Shown: positions 19,104 through 29,256, numbered from the stretch's first letter. The stretch: 63,772 bases of DNA from Pseudomonadota bacterium (GCA_039179965.1 JBCDEC010000001.1:1-63772); one strand, 5' to 3'. Numbers and translations are program-made. The notes: generated from the letters alone by a model not told the origin.

Positions 19104-20393
19104 TCAGGGCCGGGCCAACGCCGCCGGCTTGGGCCCGCCCGTTGCCCAGTCCAGAAGCTCGACCGTGTGCACGATCGGGATCTGCGTGGCGGAGCCGATC
19201 TGCATCATGCACCCAATATTGCCGGCTGCGATGATGTCGGGGTTGCGCGCCTCCAGGGTGCGGACCTTGCGGGTCTTCAACTGCCCTGAAATCTCCGGCT
19301 GCATCAGGTTGTAAGTCCCTGCCGAGCCGCAGCACAGATGGCTGTCGGCAGGTTCGACCACCTCAAATCCGGCCCGTTTCAGAAGCGTTTTGGGCGCCGC
19401 CTTGATCTTTTGTCCATGTTGCAGCGAACAGGCCGCGTGATAGGCCACACGCTGGCCTTTCGGTGATCCTTCGGGCAGATCGAGCTGGACCAGGAGTTCG
19501 CTGACATCCATCGCCAGCGCCGCCACCTGCGCGGCCTGATCTGCCAGAGGATCGGTGCGAAACATGTGACCATAGTCCTTCACCGTGGTGCCGCAGCCCG
19601 ATGTATTGATCACAATGGCGTCGAGCCCCTGCCCCTCGATCTCTGTCATCCAGGCGCGGATGTTGGCGGCGGCAGCGGAATGGGACGGGCCGGTCTTGCC
19701 CATATGGTGTGTCAGCGCGCCACAGCAGCCGGCGCCCTCAGCGATCACCACCTCGCAGCCCAGCCGGGTCAGCAGGCGGATCGTTGCATCATTGATATCG
19801 GTGTTGAGCGCCTTCTGCGCGCACCCGGTCATCAGCACGACCCGCTTGAGCGTCTCGCCCCGGGCCGGGAAGACCTGCGGATCGTCGTTGCGGCTGACCG
19901 GCGGGATCTGTTTTGGCGCCATCTCCAGCATGGCCCGCAGGCGCGCATCGGGGATCAGACGTTTGAAGGGCCGGCCGATCTTGGCTGCGAGCAAGGCAAG
20001 CCGAAAGCGCATGGGATAGGGCAGGATCTGTGCCAAAACCCACCGCAACGCCCGATCCGACCAGGGCCGGTCATAGCGTTCCTCGATATAGGCGCGTGCG
20101 TGATCGACGAGATGCATGTAATGCACACCCGAGGGACAGGTGGTCATGCAGGCCAGGCACGACAGGCACCGGTCAATATGCTTGACGGTCGCGGCATCCG
20201 GCACGCGGTCGTTTTCAAGCATGTCCTTGATCAGGTAGATACGGCCGCGCGGACTGTCGAGTTCATCGCCGAGCACCTGATAGGTCGGGCAGGTTGCGGT
20301 GCAAAAGCCGCAATGCACACAGGCGCGCAGGATCTCGTTGGCCCGGGCTGTCCCGGCATCCTGCAACTGGGTATCCGTGAAATTCGTTTGCAT
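19104..20393 (-). CDS. glcF: Glycolate oxidase iron-sulfur subunit
   Basis: CVHCGFCTATCP, CLSCLACMTTCP, two CCG domains. Confidence 0.95.
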   Translation of the reverse strand: MQTNFTDTQLQDAGTARANEILRACVHCGFCTATCPTYQVLGDELDSPRGRIYLIKDMLENDRVPDAATVKHIDRCLSCLACMTTCPSGVHYMHLVDHARAYIEERYDRPWSDRALRWVLAQILPYPMRFRLALLAAKIGRPFKRLIPDARLRAMLEMAPKQIPPVSRNDDPQVFPARGETLKRVVLMTGCAQKALNTDINDATIRLLTRLGCEVVIAEGAGCCGALTHHMGKTGPSHSAAAANIRAWMTEIEGQGLDAIVINTSGCGTTVKDYGHMFRTDPLADQAAQVAALAMDVSELLVQLDLPEGSPKGQRVAYHAACSLQHGQKIKAAPKTLLKRAGFEVVEPADSHLCCGSAGTYNLMQPEISGQLKTRKVRTLEARNPDIIAAGNIGCMMQIGSATQIPIVHTVELLDWATGGPKPAALARP

Positions 20394-20396
20394 TGC

Positions 20397-21533
20397 CTAT
20401 CCCATCAGTCCCGTGTTGAGAAGTCCACGCGGATCGAACCGCTGGCGCAGGCCGCGCGACAGGGCCGCGACAGCCGGCGCTTCGGGCGGAAAGACCGGGA
20501 CCGTGGCCCGCGCCCTGCCCCGGATCAGCGTGGCGTGGCCGCCAAGCTGCGCCACCGCCTCCCGCACGTCTGTTGCCCCGGCGGTTTCGGTTTCGGGCAC
20601 CAGAATCCAGATCAAGCCGCCGCCCCAGTCGTATATGGCCTTGTGCGCCAGACCGGCCGCTTCCAGCACCCGGGTCAGACCCGGGGCGTGCGAGGGCTGG
20701 ACCGACACGCGCCACACGGCACCATCCCGCCCGGCAAAGGGCGCCACGTCGCGTATCTCGGCCCAAAGCGCAGCGCTTGCCTCGGCCGCGACCGGCTGGA
20801 AACCCGGCAGCAAAGCGGCAAGCCGGTCTTGCCGATAGGCGACCGAGCCGGCCAGACCTTCGATGCGCACCTGTGTGCGGGCCGGTCCGGAGAGGTCAGC
20901 GCCCAGATGCGCGGCCCCGGTCACGTCATATGGCGAGCCCAGGGCCGTGGACAGGGCCGCGACGGCCGCTGCCACGTCGAGGTCCTCCGCCACCAGGGTG
21001 GCTTCGGTCTCCGGGATCGCGAGAACCTTGAACGACAGCTCCGTCAACACGCCCAGCGTGCCCCAGGCACCGGCCATCAGCTTGACCAGATCGTAGCCGG
21101 TGACATTCTTCATCACCCGCCCGCCGTTCTGGACGATCTGCCCGGTGCCATCAACCAGCCGCACGCCGAGTAGAAAGTCCCGGCACGCACCGGCCTGCAC
21201 GCGACGCGGCCCGGACACATTCGCAGCCACCACGCCACCGATGGTCGGCGTCCCCTCGGTGCCCAGCAGGGCACGGTGATCCATTGGCTCAAAGGCCAGG
21301 CGCTGCCCGTCCCCGGCCAGGACCGCCTCAACTTCGGACAAGGGCGTCCCCGCGCCGACCACAAGGGTAAGCGCGCCGGGTTCATACAGGCTGACCCCGC
21401 TGAGACCGGTGGTGGCAAGGACCTCGCCCGCGACCGGCGGGCCGATGTCGCGGGTGCCGCCCCCGGCGATCCGCAAGGCACCGGTGGCGCCTGCGATCGC
21501 TTCGGCAAGCTCCGCCTCGTTTTGAGGGTTCAT
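20397..21533 (-). CDS. glcE: Glycolate oxidase FAD-binding subunit
   Basis: YEPGALTL, SGPRR, GGRVMKNVTGYDLVKL, FDP; lies between glcD and glcF (alternative start 21539). Confidence 0.92.
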   Translation of the reverse strand: MNPQNEAELAEAIAGATGALRIAGGGTRDIGPPVAGEVLATTGLSGVSLYEPGALTLVVGAGTPLSEVEAVLAGDGQRLAFEPMDHRALLGTEGTPTIGGVVAANVSGPRRVQAGACRDFLLGVRLVDGTGQIVQNGGRVMKNVTGYDLVKLMAGAWGTLGVLTELSFKVLAIPETEATLVAEDLDVAAAVAALSTALGSPYDVTGAAHLGADLSGPARTQVRIEGLAGSVAYRQDRLAALLPGFQPVAAEASAALWAEIRDVAPFAGRDGAVWRVSVQPSHAPGLTRVLEAAGLAHKAIYDWGGGLIWILVPETETAGATDVREAVAQLGGHATLIRGRARATVPVFPPEAPAVAALSRGLRQRFDPRGLLNTGLMG

Positions 21534-21563
21534 AGGCATGTCCTTGTGGTCTTTTGTGTGGGC

Positions 21564-21589
21564 GTAGGGCGGGGTAAACCCCGCCTTAC
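21564..21589 (+). repeat. GTAG-type REP palindrome
   Basis: gtag-ggcgggg-taaa-ccccgcc-ttac between glcD and glcE. Confidence 0.7.
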
Positions 21590-23025
21590 GCGGCAGGTCT
21601 GCGACGGGTCTCGGACACGGTCAGGGGAAACACCTTCGCCGGATTGAGCAGCCAGGACGGATCAAACACATCTTTCACGGCCATTTGCGCCTCAAGATCC
21701 GCGGGCGTGTACTGATGAGACATCAATTCGCGTTTTTCCACACCGACGCCGTGTTCCCCGGTCAGGCAGCCGCCCACCTCGACGCAAAGCTTCAGGATCT
21801 CCGCGCCCAGGGCCTCGCACTGCTCCAGGTCACCGGGTTTGTTGGCATCGTAAAGGATCAGCGGATGCATGTTGCCGTCGCCGGCATGAAACACATTGGC
21901 CACGCCCAACCCATATTCCTGCGACAACTCGCCAATCCGGCGCAGAACCTCCGGCAGGCTGGACACCGGGATCGTGCCATCCAGACACATGTAGTCGTTG
22001 ATCTGACCCATCGCCCCGAAGGCCGACTTGCGCCCCAGCCAGATCCGCGCCGCCTCGTCAGCATCGCCGGCTTCGCGCAGCGCCACCGGATTGTGACTCC
22101 GGGCAATCGCCGCTATCCGCTCCAGCTGCGCGGCGATCTCGTCCTCGGAGCCTTCCACTTCCACGATCAGGAGCGCCTCACACATCGGATATCCGGCCTT
22201 GGCAAAGGCCTCGCAGGCCTCGATGCAGGGCCGGTCCATGAACTCGATGGCCACCGGCAGCAGCCCTGCGCGAATGATATCCGACACGCAGGCGCCCGCG
22301 GTCTGGCTCGCATCAAAGCCGATCAGCACCGGGCGCGCACCTTCCGGCTTGCGCAGGATCCGCAGGACCGCTTCGGTGACAACGCCCAATTGCCCCTCCG
22401 ACCCGCACACCAGTCCCAGCAGATCCAGTCCGCCGCCATCAAGATGCGCTCCGCCAAGCTCCACCACCGTGCCATCCATCAGCACCATGGTCACGCCCAT
22501 CAGGTTGTTCGTCGTCACACCGTATTTCAGACAATGCGCCCCGCCGGAATTCATCGCGATGTTTCCGGCAATGGCACAGGCAAGCTGGGACGACGGGTCG
22601 GGCGCATAGAAAAAGTCCTCGTCCTCGACAGCACCGGTCACGCTGAGGTTGGTCTTGCCGGTCTGCACGCGGATGTAGCGATCCGGGTAATTGGTCTCCA
22701 GCACCTCGGTCATGCGTGCTACGCCCAGCACCACGCAATCCGCGGTCGGCAGGGACCCCCCGGCCAGTGACGTCCCGGCCCCGCGCGGCACAACGGGCAC
22801 ATCTTCCTCATGGCAGATCTTGAGAACCGCCGAGACCTCTTCGGTCGAGCCCGGCAGCACCACGGCCAGCGGCGGGCAGCGATAGGCGCTGAGCGCATCG
22901 CATTCATAGGCCCTGGTTTCCGCCGGATCGGAGATCACCGCATCGTCGGCAAGCACCGCCCGCAACCGGCGGACGACATGCGCCTTGGCCGAAAGAACAG
23001 CAGCGTTGGGCTTTGGCATTTCCAT
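21586..23025 (-). CDS. glcD: Glycolate oxidase subunit D
   Basis: PRGAGTSLAGG, YAPDPSSQ, GGAHCLKYG, HAGDGNMHP, GEHGVG, LNPAK. Confidence 0.94.
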   Translation of the reverse strand: MEMPKPNAAVLSAKAHVVRRLRAVLADDAVISDPAETRAYECDALSAYRCPPLAVVLPGSTEEVSAVLKICHEEDVPVVPRGAGTSLAGGSLPTADCVVLGVARMTEVLETNYPDRYIRVQTGKTNLSVTGAVEDEDFFYAPDPSSQLACAIAGNIAMNSGGAHCLKYGVTTNNLMGVTMVLMDGTVVELGGAHLDGGGLDLLGLVCGSEGQLGVVTEAVLRILRKPEGARPVLIGFDASQTAGACVSDIIRAGLLPVAIEFMDRPCIEACEAFAKAGYPMCEALLIVEVEGSEDEIAAQLERIAAIARSHNPVALREAGDADEAARIWLGRKSAFGAMGQINDYMCLDGTIPVSSLPEVLRRIGELSQEYGLGVANVFHAGDGNMHPLILYDANKPGDLEQCEALGAEILKLCVEVGGCLTGEHGVGVEKRELMSHQYTPADLEAQMAVKDVFDPSWLLNPAKVFPLTVSETRRRPAA

Positions 23026-23046
23026 GGACGATCTCCCGGCGGCACA

Positions 23047-23073
23047 AATTTGGTAAGATAATATTACCAATTT
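23047..23073. promoter_or_regulatory. Palindromic operator, FadR/GntR (GlcC-like) type
   Basis: ttggtaa-gataata-ttaccaa ~25 nt upstream of glcD in a divergent intergenic region. Confidence 0.65.
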
Positions 23074-23114
23074 CACCAACTGACAAGCGTCTCGCATCTG
23101 CATAGGGTCGCGCC

Positions 23115-23846
23115 ATGATCCTGACCGACTACCTGGCGCTCTTCGCCCCTATTGATGCCGTCGCTTTCGGCCTGATGATCGTGTCGTGGATCGCGATCAG
23201 CTGGCTGATCGAAAACCCGCCAAAATCCAAACCGTCGGTTTCGGTGCTGATGAACCGCTACCGCTACGACTGGATGCGCGAGATGGTGACCCGCCAGCCG
23301 CGCATGTTTGACAGCCAGGTTCTGGGGCTGATGCGCGCCGGAACCGCCTTTTTCGCGTCGGGCACGATGATCGCCATTGGGGGCGGAATGGCGCTGATCG
23401 GCAATCCCGATCCATTGGTCAACGTCGCCGGGGACCTGTCGCTCGTCAATGCCCCCCGCATTGTATGGGAGATCAAGCTGGCCGTTGTGATTGTCTTTCT
23501 CAGCCATGCCTTTTTGAAATTTGTCTGGGCGCACCGGCTTTTTGGCTATTGCGCGATTCTGATGGCCGCGGTGCCAAACGATCCCTCCGACAGCATCGCC
23601 TATCCCCGCGCCACGCAGGCTGCCGAGATTTCGATCACCGGGTCGCGCGCCTTCAACAAGGCCATGCGCGCGACCTATTTCAGCCTGACCTCCGCCGCCT
23701 GGCTCCTGGGCCCCTGGCCGCTGATTCTGGCCACGCTGCTCACGACGGCGATGCTGTGGCGGCGGGAATTCGCATCCCATTCCCGAAAGGCGCTTTTGAC
23801 GGCCGCACACCAGGATGTGACCCCATCAGAACCCAAAACCGGGTAG
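23115..23846 (+). CDS. DUF599-like membrane protein
   Basis: M..YR.DW, R.FD, GTAFFAS, FLKFVWAHR, WRREFASHSR; multiple TMs. Confidence 0.75.
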   Translation: MILTDYLALFAPIDAVAFGLMIVSWIAISWLIENPPKSKPSVSVLMNRYRYDWMREMVTRQPRMFDSQVLGLMRAGTAFFASGTMIAIGGGMALIGNPDPLVNVAGDLSLVNAPRIVWEIKLAVVIVFLSHAFLKFVWAHRLFGYCAILMAAVPNDPSDSIAYPRATQAAEISITGSRAFNKAMRATYFSLTSAAWLLGPWPLILATLLTTAMLWRREFASHSRKALLTAAHQDVTPSEPKTG

Positions 23847-23855
23847 GAGCAGGGC

Positions 23856-24230
23856 ATGAGACATCTTCTTGCCCGGACCGCCGGACCCCTGCTGCTCTTG
23901 CTGGTTGTTATCGCCGCCCCCGCTGCCGCCGATGACCCGGTGATCGAGGCCGTGACCGCTCAGGATACCGGATCCGGCTGGACCTTCGACGTCACCCTGT
24001 CGCATCCCGACACCGGGTGGGACCATTACGCCGATGGCTGGCGGGTGCTCTCCATGGAGGGTGAGGAATTGGGCCTGCGCGTGCTCTATCATCCGCATGT
24101 GAACGAGCAGCCGTTCACACGCAGCCTCTCGGGCGTCGAAATCCCGGAAGGGCAAACCCAGGTCCGGGTCCAGGCCCGCTGCATCGTCCATGGCTGGTCG
24201 GACGAGACCTACGTGGTCGAACTGAACTGA
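23856..24230 (+). CDS. Secreted hypothetical protein (His/Cys-rich)
   Basis: Signal peptide; HPDTGWDHYADGW, HPHVNEQPFTRS, CIVHGW. Confidence 0.8.
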   Translation: MRHLLARTAGPLLLLLVVIAAPAAADDPVIEAVTAQDTGSGWTFDVTLSHPDTGWDHYADGWRVLSMEGEELGLRVLYHPHVNEQPFTRSLSGVEIPEGQTQVRVQARCIVHGWSDETYVVELN

Positions 24231-24431
24231 CCGGAGTCTCGGACTGCCGTCTTCGCCACCGTCCCGCACAGGGCGTAACGTCCTGTGTGCCGCGCACCGC
24301 TCAAACCCTCGGATCGCCCGCGGCACGATTTCCTTTGACGCAGACGATCGATCGGCGCGGCCGAGCGCGCGGCCGGAGGCCAAGCGCGAGACAAGATCGT
24401 GGCGGGCATCGCCCGCCTCCGCCAGAAAACG

Positions 24432-24902
24432 CTATGCACGGTGATAGGGGGCGCCGGCCAGAATCGAGGTCGCCCGATAGAGCTGTTCTGCCAGCATCAC
24501 GCGGGCCAGCATATGCGGCCAGACCATGCGCCCGAACGACAGGCTCAGGTCAGCCTCCGCCACAAGATCCGGAGCGAGGCCATCAGCGCCGCCAATGACA
24601 AAGGCCACTTCAGGCTGCCCGGAATCCCGCCACCGGGCCAGCCGATCCGCCAGATCAGGGGAACTCAGGGTCTTGCCCCGTTCATCAAGGCAGCACAGAA
24701 CCGCCCCTTTGGGAACCGACTTGCGCAACAGGATCTCCTCGGCCTGGGATCCGCCACCTTTGCGGTCGTCGACCTCACTGATCTCGACCGGGCCGAGTCC
24801 CAGGGCCCGGCCACTGCGTCCCGCACGCATGACATAATCGTCAACGAGTGTTTTTTCGGGTCCCGCCCGCATGCGGCCCACCGCGCAGATCCGCAGCCGC
24901 AT
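24432..24902 (-). CDS. rlmH: 23S rRNA m3Psi1915 methyltransferase
   Basis: LDERG, FVIGGADG, WPHMLARVMLAEQLYRA, PYHR; adjacent to rsfS. Confidence 0.96.
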   Translation of the reverse strand: MRLRICAVGRMRAGPEKTLVDDYVMRAGRSGRALGLGPVEISEVDDRKGGGSQAEEILLRKSVPKGAVLCCLDERGKTLSSPDLADRLARWRDSGQPEVAFVIGGADGLAPDLVAEADLSLSFGRMVWPHMLARVMLAEQLYRATSILAGAPYHRA

Positions 24903-24988
24903 GGTCGTCCCCTTCGCTTGATCCAGACGTCGCACCGGGGCGCCCGGCCGGCGTCAGCCGCCGGGCACGTCCGCGAGGTCGTCTGGCC

Positions 24989-25351
24989 CTAGTTGTTCAA
25001 AGGCGCAGAGCCCGCAGGCTGCCACATCTTTTCCAACTGGTAAAAGTCGCGCACTTCCGGCCGGAAGACATGGACCACAACATCACCGGTATCGATCAGA
25101 ACCCAATCCCCGATGTCCTTGCCCTCGACACGGGCAGAGAGACCAAAGGCACCCTTGAGGTTCTCGACGAGTTTCTCCGACAGCGCCGCCACTTGCCGGG
25201 TCGAGCGCCCGGAGGCGATGACCATGTAATCGCCGATAGACGATTTACCGCGCAGATCGATCTGCACGATGTCCTCGGCTTTGTCGTCGGAAAGAGAGGA
25301 AAGGATTCGCTCCAGCAGATCCTCGCTGGTGTAATCCAGGTGGGCGGCCAT
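24989..25351 (-). CDS. rsfS: Ribosome silencing factor (true start may be CTG at 25402)
   Basis: DDKAEDI, DYMVIASGRSTRQV, WVLIDTGDVVVHVF, FYQLEKMW. Confidence 0.95.
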   Translation of the reverse strand: MAAHLDYTSEDLLERILSSLSDDKAEDIVQIDLRGKSSIGDYMVIASGRSTRQVAALSEKLVENLKGAFGLSARVEGKDIGDWVLIDTGDVVVHVFRPEVRDFYQLEKMWQPAGSAPLNN

Positions 25352-25692
25352 CAGACCCGCCCGGTCATCAGCGGCAAGAGCCGCGTCAGTATGGAGTGTC
25401 AGGACATTGTCCTCCTATCAAATGCGCCGTCTGTCCCCGGCGCTTGGGTAACTTATCTTAACAATGTCCCTGTATCGTTTCAATGACAGGGCAAATCTTA
25501 CGCTGCGACCGCGGTGTTTTGACGCCAGATTAAGCGGAAAGTGAGCCCGGAACGGGACGAAAGTCAGCCGCGCCGGCCTCCCTGCGGACCGGACGTGGCC
25601 TGGTTGCCGTCCCCCCTGCCAACCGCCTGCATCAACGAATGTCTGCCCCAGAACGCTTGATTGCCCTGCCGCGACAGCGTAGATGGCCCTCT

Positions 25693-25791
25693 ATGACACG
25701 CATTTTCGATCTCGACGATCACGCCCGCTTGCCATGGCGGTTTTTCGGGGCCGCGCGCTCGGTGCGCGCTCGCCTATCGACGCGCACCTGA
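25693..25791 (+). CDS. Possible 32-aa leader ORF upstream of leuC
   Basis: [32 protein letters not shown]; ends 47 nt before leuC; includes rare Leu codons TTG and CTA. Confidence 0.3.
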   Translation: MTRIFDLDDHARLPWRFFGAARSVRARLSTRT

Positions 25792-25838
25792 CGCTCGACC
25801 GCCCCAACCGTTATTGCCTGCAAGAAAAGAGTTCAGCC

Positions 25839-27245
25839 ATGTCCGCCAAGACGCTCTATGACAAAATCTGGGATGCCCATCTTGCCCACGAGGCCGAAGA
25901 CGGCACCAGCCTGCTTTATATCGACCGCCATCTTGTCCACGAAGTGACCAGCCCACAGGCCTTTGAGGGCCTGCGCATGCATGGTCGCAAGGTCCGCGCA
26001 CCGGAAAAGACCATCGCCGTGCCGGATCACAACGTGCCGACGACCGAAGGCCGTCACAATGTCGCCAACATGACCGAAGACAGCCGCATCCAGGTCGAAG
26101 CGCTCGACAAGAATGCCAAGGACTTCGGCCTGCATTACTACCCTGTGACCGACATCCGTCAGGGCATCGTCCATATCGTCGGCCCCGAGCAGGGCTGGAC
26201 CCTGCCGGGCATGACGGTGGTCTGCGGCGACAGCCATACCGCGACGCATGGCGCTTTCGGCTCGCTGGCCCATGGGATCGGCACCTCCGAAGTCGAACAC
26301 GTTCTGGCCACCCAGACGCTGATCCAGAAGAAGTCCAAGAACATGAAGGTCGAAATCACCGGCAAGCTCGCGCCCGGCGTCACGGCCAAGGACATTGCCC
26401 TGCGTATCATTGGCGAAACGGGCACCGCTGGCGGCACCGGCTATGTCATCGAATATTGTGGCGAAGCGATCCGCAACTTGACCATGGAAGGCCGCATGAC
26501 GGTCTGCAACATGGCGATCGAGGGCGGCGCCCGCGCCGGCATGATCGCCCCTGACCAGACCACCTTTGACTATGTCATGGGCCGCCCGCATGCGCCGAAG
26601 GGCGCGCAGTGGGAGGCCGCGCTCGCCTGGTGGAAGACACTCTATTCCGATGACGACGCCCATTGGGACGAGATCGTCACGATCCGCGGCGAAGACATTG
26701 CGCCCGTGGTCACCTGGGGCACCTCGCCCGAGGATGTCCTGCCGATTACCGACGTCGTGCCCGACCCGGCGGATTTCGAAGAACACCGGATCGAAGCCAA
26801 GCAGCGTGCGCTCGATTACATGGGGCTGACCCCTGGCACCAAATTGTCGGACATCTCGATCGACACCGTCTTTATCGGCTCCTGCACCAATGGACGCATC
26901 GAAGACCTGCGCGCCGCGGCTGAGATCCTGAAAGGCAAGAAGATCAAGGACGGCATGCGCGCCATGGTCGTGCCGGGCTCGGGTCTCGTGCGCGCCCAGG
27001 CTGAGGAGGAAGGCATTGCCGACGTCTTCAAGGAGGCCGGGTTCGAGTGGCGCCTGGCGGGCTGCTCGATGTGTCTGGCGATGAACCCGGACCAGCTGGC
27101 CCCGGAGGAGCGCTGTGCGTCGACGTCCAACCGCAACTTCGAAGGCCGGCAGGGGCGCGGTGGGCGCACCCATCTGGTGTCCCCCGCCATGGCGGCCGCG
27201 GCGGCGGTCACCGGCAAGCTGACGGATGTGCGCGAATTGATTTGA
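25839..27245 (+). CDS. leuC: 3-isopropylmalate dehydratase large subunit
   Basis: [49 protein letters not shown]. Confidence 0.98.
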   Translation: MSAKTLYDKIWDAHLAHEAEDGTSLLYIDRHLVHEVTSPQAFEGLRMHGRKVRAPEKTIAVPDHNVPTTEGRHNVANMTEDSRIQVEALDKNAKDFGLHYYPVTDIRQGIVHIVGPEQGWTLPGMTVVCGDSHTATHGAFGSLAHGIGTSEVEHVLATQTLIQKKSKNMKVEITGKLAPGVTAKDIALRIIGETGTAGGTGYVIEYCGEAIRNLTMEGRMTVCNMAIEGGARAGMIAPDQTTFDYVMGRPHAPKGAQWEAALAWWKTLYSDDDAHWDEIVTIRGEDIAPVVTWGTSPEDVLPITDVVPDPADFEEHRIEAKQRALDYMGLTPGTKLSDISIDTVFIGSCTNGRIEDLRAAAEILKGKKIKDGMRAMVVPGSGLVRAQAEEEGIADVFKEAGFEWRLAGCSMCLAMNPDQLAPEERCASTSNRNFEGRQGRGGRTHLVSPAMAAAAAVTGKLTDVRELI

Positions 27246-27481
27246 GCGCGACGCCCAGATTGCCCCGGCAGGTCCGGATCAAGTCAGCGCGCTGCCCCAT
27301 GGCGGCGCGCTTTTTGATTTTCATGTCGCGCGCATACTTTTTGGGCAATAGCCTTCTGAGGCGTCAACCGCTTTCGCCCGGCGCCGGAGGATCGCTTGGT
27401 GTCCGCCCGGTCGCAGACATAGAATAGGGCGCGCAGGGTCATCCGCGACCGCGCCCATTCACTATCGGAGACCTGTATCGC

Positions 27482-27997
27482 GTGCCCCCCGACAACATTT
27501 CTTTTCGCCTGGCCACTGAGGCGGATCGCTCCGCGCTCGGAATTCTGCTGCACGAGACCAATCAGCACTATTGGGGCGCGCTCAACGGGGCCGAAACCCT
27601 GTCCCGGAACGCGGCGGACGAAATTGTAAGCGGGCGTTCGGGGTGTCAGGCGGTTTTGGCCTGTGTGGACGATGCGGCCTGCGGATTCGCCACATTCACC
27701 GTGCTCCACCCCGCGCTGAACGCCAGTGGAACGTTCATTATGAAAGACCTGTTTGTCTCGAAACAGGCGCGCGGCCTGGGGCTGGGAGGGCATTTCATGC
27801 GCCATCTCGCCCGGATGGCGGTCGATATGGGCTGCCGTCGGTTCGATTGGACCGCCGAGACAGACAACCCACGCGCCTTGGCGTTTTATGAGGAGCTCGG
27901 GGCGCAGCTCGTTGCCGAGAAAGTCTATTTCCGTTTCTGTGACGATGATTTAGATAGCTTCATCGGGTCTGACGGTCTGCTAAAGAAGCCTGCATAA
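27482..27997 (+). CDS. GNAT family N-acetyltransferase
   Basis: KDLFVSKQARGLGLG acetyl-CoA motif; NPRALAFYEELG. Confidence 0.88.
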   Translation: MPPDNISFRLATEADRSALGILLHETNQHYWGALNGAETLSRNAADEIVSGRSGCQAVLACVDDAACGFATFTVLHPALNASGTFIMKDLFVSKQARGLGLGGHFMRHLARMAVDMGCRRFDWTAETDNPRALAFYEELGAQLVAEKVYFRFCDDDLDSFIGSDGLLKKPA

Positions 27998-28031
27998 AGA
28001 AGCTCCTGCCAAGCTTTTGCGCGGCAGGAGC
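27995..28031 (-). terminator. Intrinsic terminator of the VPLPA-CTERM gene
   Basis: gctcctgcc...ggcaggagc stem followed by ttcttta on the minus strand. Confidence 0.55.
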
Positions 28032-28079
28032 AGTTTACTATGTAGATCTTGAAACCGATTCTGAAGAAGAACTGGACGT

Positions 28080-28766
28080 TCAGGTCGAACGCTTTCGCCG
28101 GCTGCGCAGAAGTCCAAACACCCCAATACCGCTTACCAAAAGGGGCAAACCTGCTGGGACAGGAATCGCCTGAAAATTAGGGTTCTCCAAGACAAGCCGA
28201 TCCAATGCACCGGAACCCCCAAAATTCACGGTTATTGTGTTGACAGTGACAGACGGGTTAAGCACATAAACGTCAAACATATCATCGCCTTGAACAACTG
28301 GTATGTCCAGCGGAGGAGGGAGCGTGCCAAGGTTCGTGGTTACGCTGATTTGCTGATTGTTTTCACCATCAATAAGCGTGATTCCGGAAAATATAACATC
28401 CTGTTGAAACGCGAAGACGATTGTGCCGCCTCCGCCATGGTCGTTGGGATTAGTCTCGGTACTAGTACCTGTCGCGATCATCAGTGCATTGCCGCCGTCG
28501 TAGGTATCACCCGACGAATTCTGAGGGGACTCCAAGTCGGTATCAAGACCGCCCGAGTTTCCAGTGTCGTAAACCTGTGCAGTACCTAGGCCGCCTGTCG
28601 TCGTGATAGTGCCGGTTATTCCCGACCCGAAGTCAAATGCACCATCTCCTACGAACGAACCGTGGCTAAGCGCCAAGCCATTGTTTGTGTCAAATTCAAC
28701 TGTTGCCGCATATGCACTGCCGGTCGCGAAGCAAGCGGCTAGAGCGAGTGGACCAAAAAGTTTCAT
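28080..28766 (-). CDS. VPLPA-CTERM (PEP-CTERM-like) surface protein
   Basis: Signal peptide ending AYA; G/T/N/D-rich body; C-terminal IPVPAGLPLLVSGIGVFGLLRSRRK sorting signal; AT-richer codons. Confidence 0.88.
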   Translation of the reverse strand: MKLFGPLALAACFATGSAYAATVEFDTNNGLALSHGSFVGDGAFDFGSGITGTITTTGGLGTAQVYDTGNSGGLDTDLESPQNSSGDTYDGGNALMIATGTSTETNPNDHGGGGTIVFAFQQDVIFSGITLIDGENNQQISVTTNLGTLPPPLDIPVVQGDDMFDVYVLNPSVTVNTITVNFGGSGALDRLVLENPNFQAIPVPAGLPLLVSGIGVFGLLRSRRKRST

Positions 28767-29256
28767 CGTCATTTCCAGTTTTAAGTTCAAAGCCACAATT
28801 GTGTTCTTATATCATTTTAATCGAGCCTTGCAAATCGAATTGTGGCCTTGCCAAGACAGCGCCATTCAATTTTCCCCAAAGTGAATACGGCAACTCATAG
28901 TTTAGAACCTTCTGCGCCGGGGGTCGCAATTTCGACCTCGAGTGTGTTGCGGCAAAAGCCCCAAGAACAAAAGAAATTTTCGAAACGGATTACATCTGAA
29001 GAGCTTATCTAGCCACCTGGGTGTCAAACCATCAATTTCGGAGAACAGCATTCCGTGGAATCGATACTTTGATGAATAGACGCGAAACCTTTCGGTTTCC
29101 GGATAATAGAGCGCGTTTATGTCAACTGTCCGAGGTCTGTTGGCGCAACATCGTTTGTCACGAATGGTTATGTTTTGCACCAAATCGTTTGTTAACCTCT
29201 GCTTCACCACTAGCCGATTCGCTCCGTGCTTTCGACCCGATCGTAAGGATTTTCCC

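Noticed and set aside
19566-21173. 535-aa plus-strand ORF
   Set aside because: Antisense shadow of glcE/glcF, typical of high-GC DNA; no motifs.
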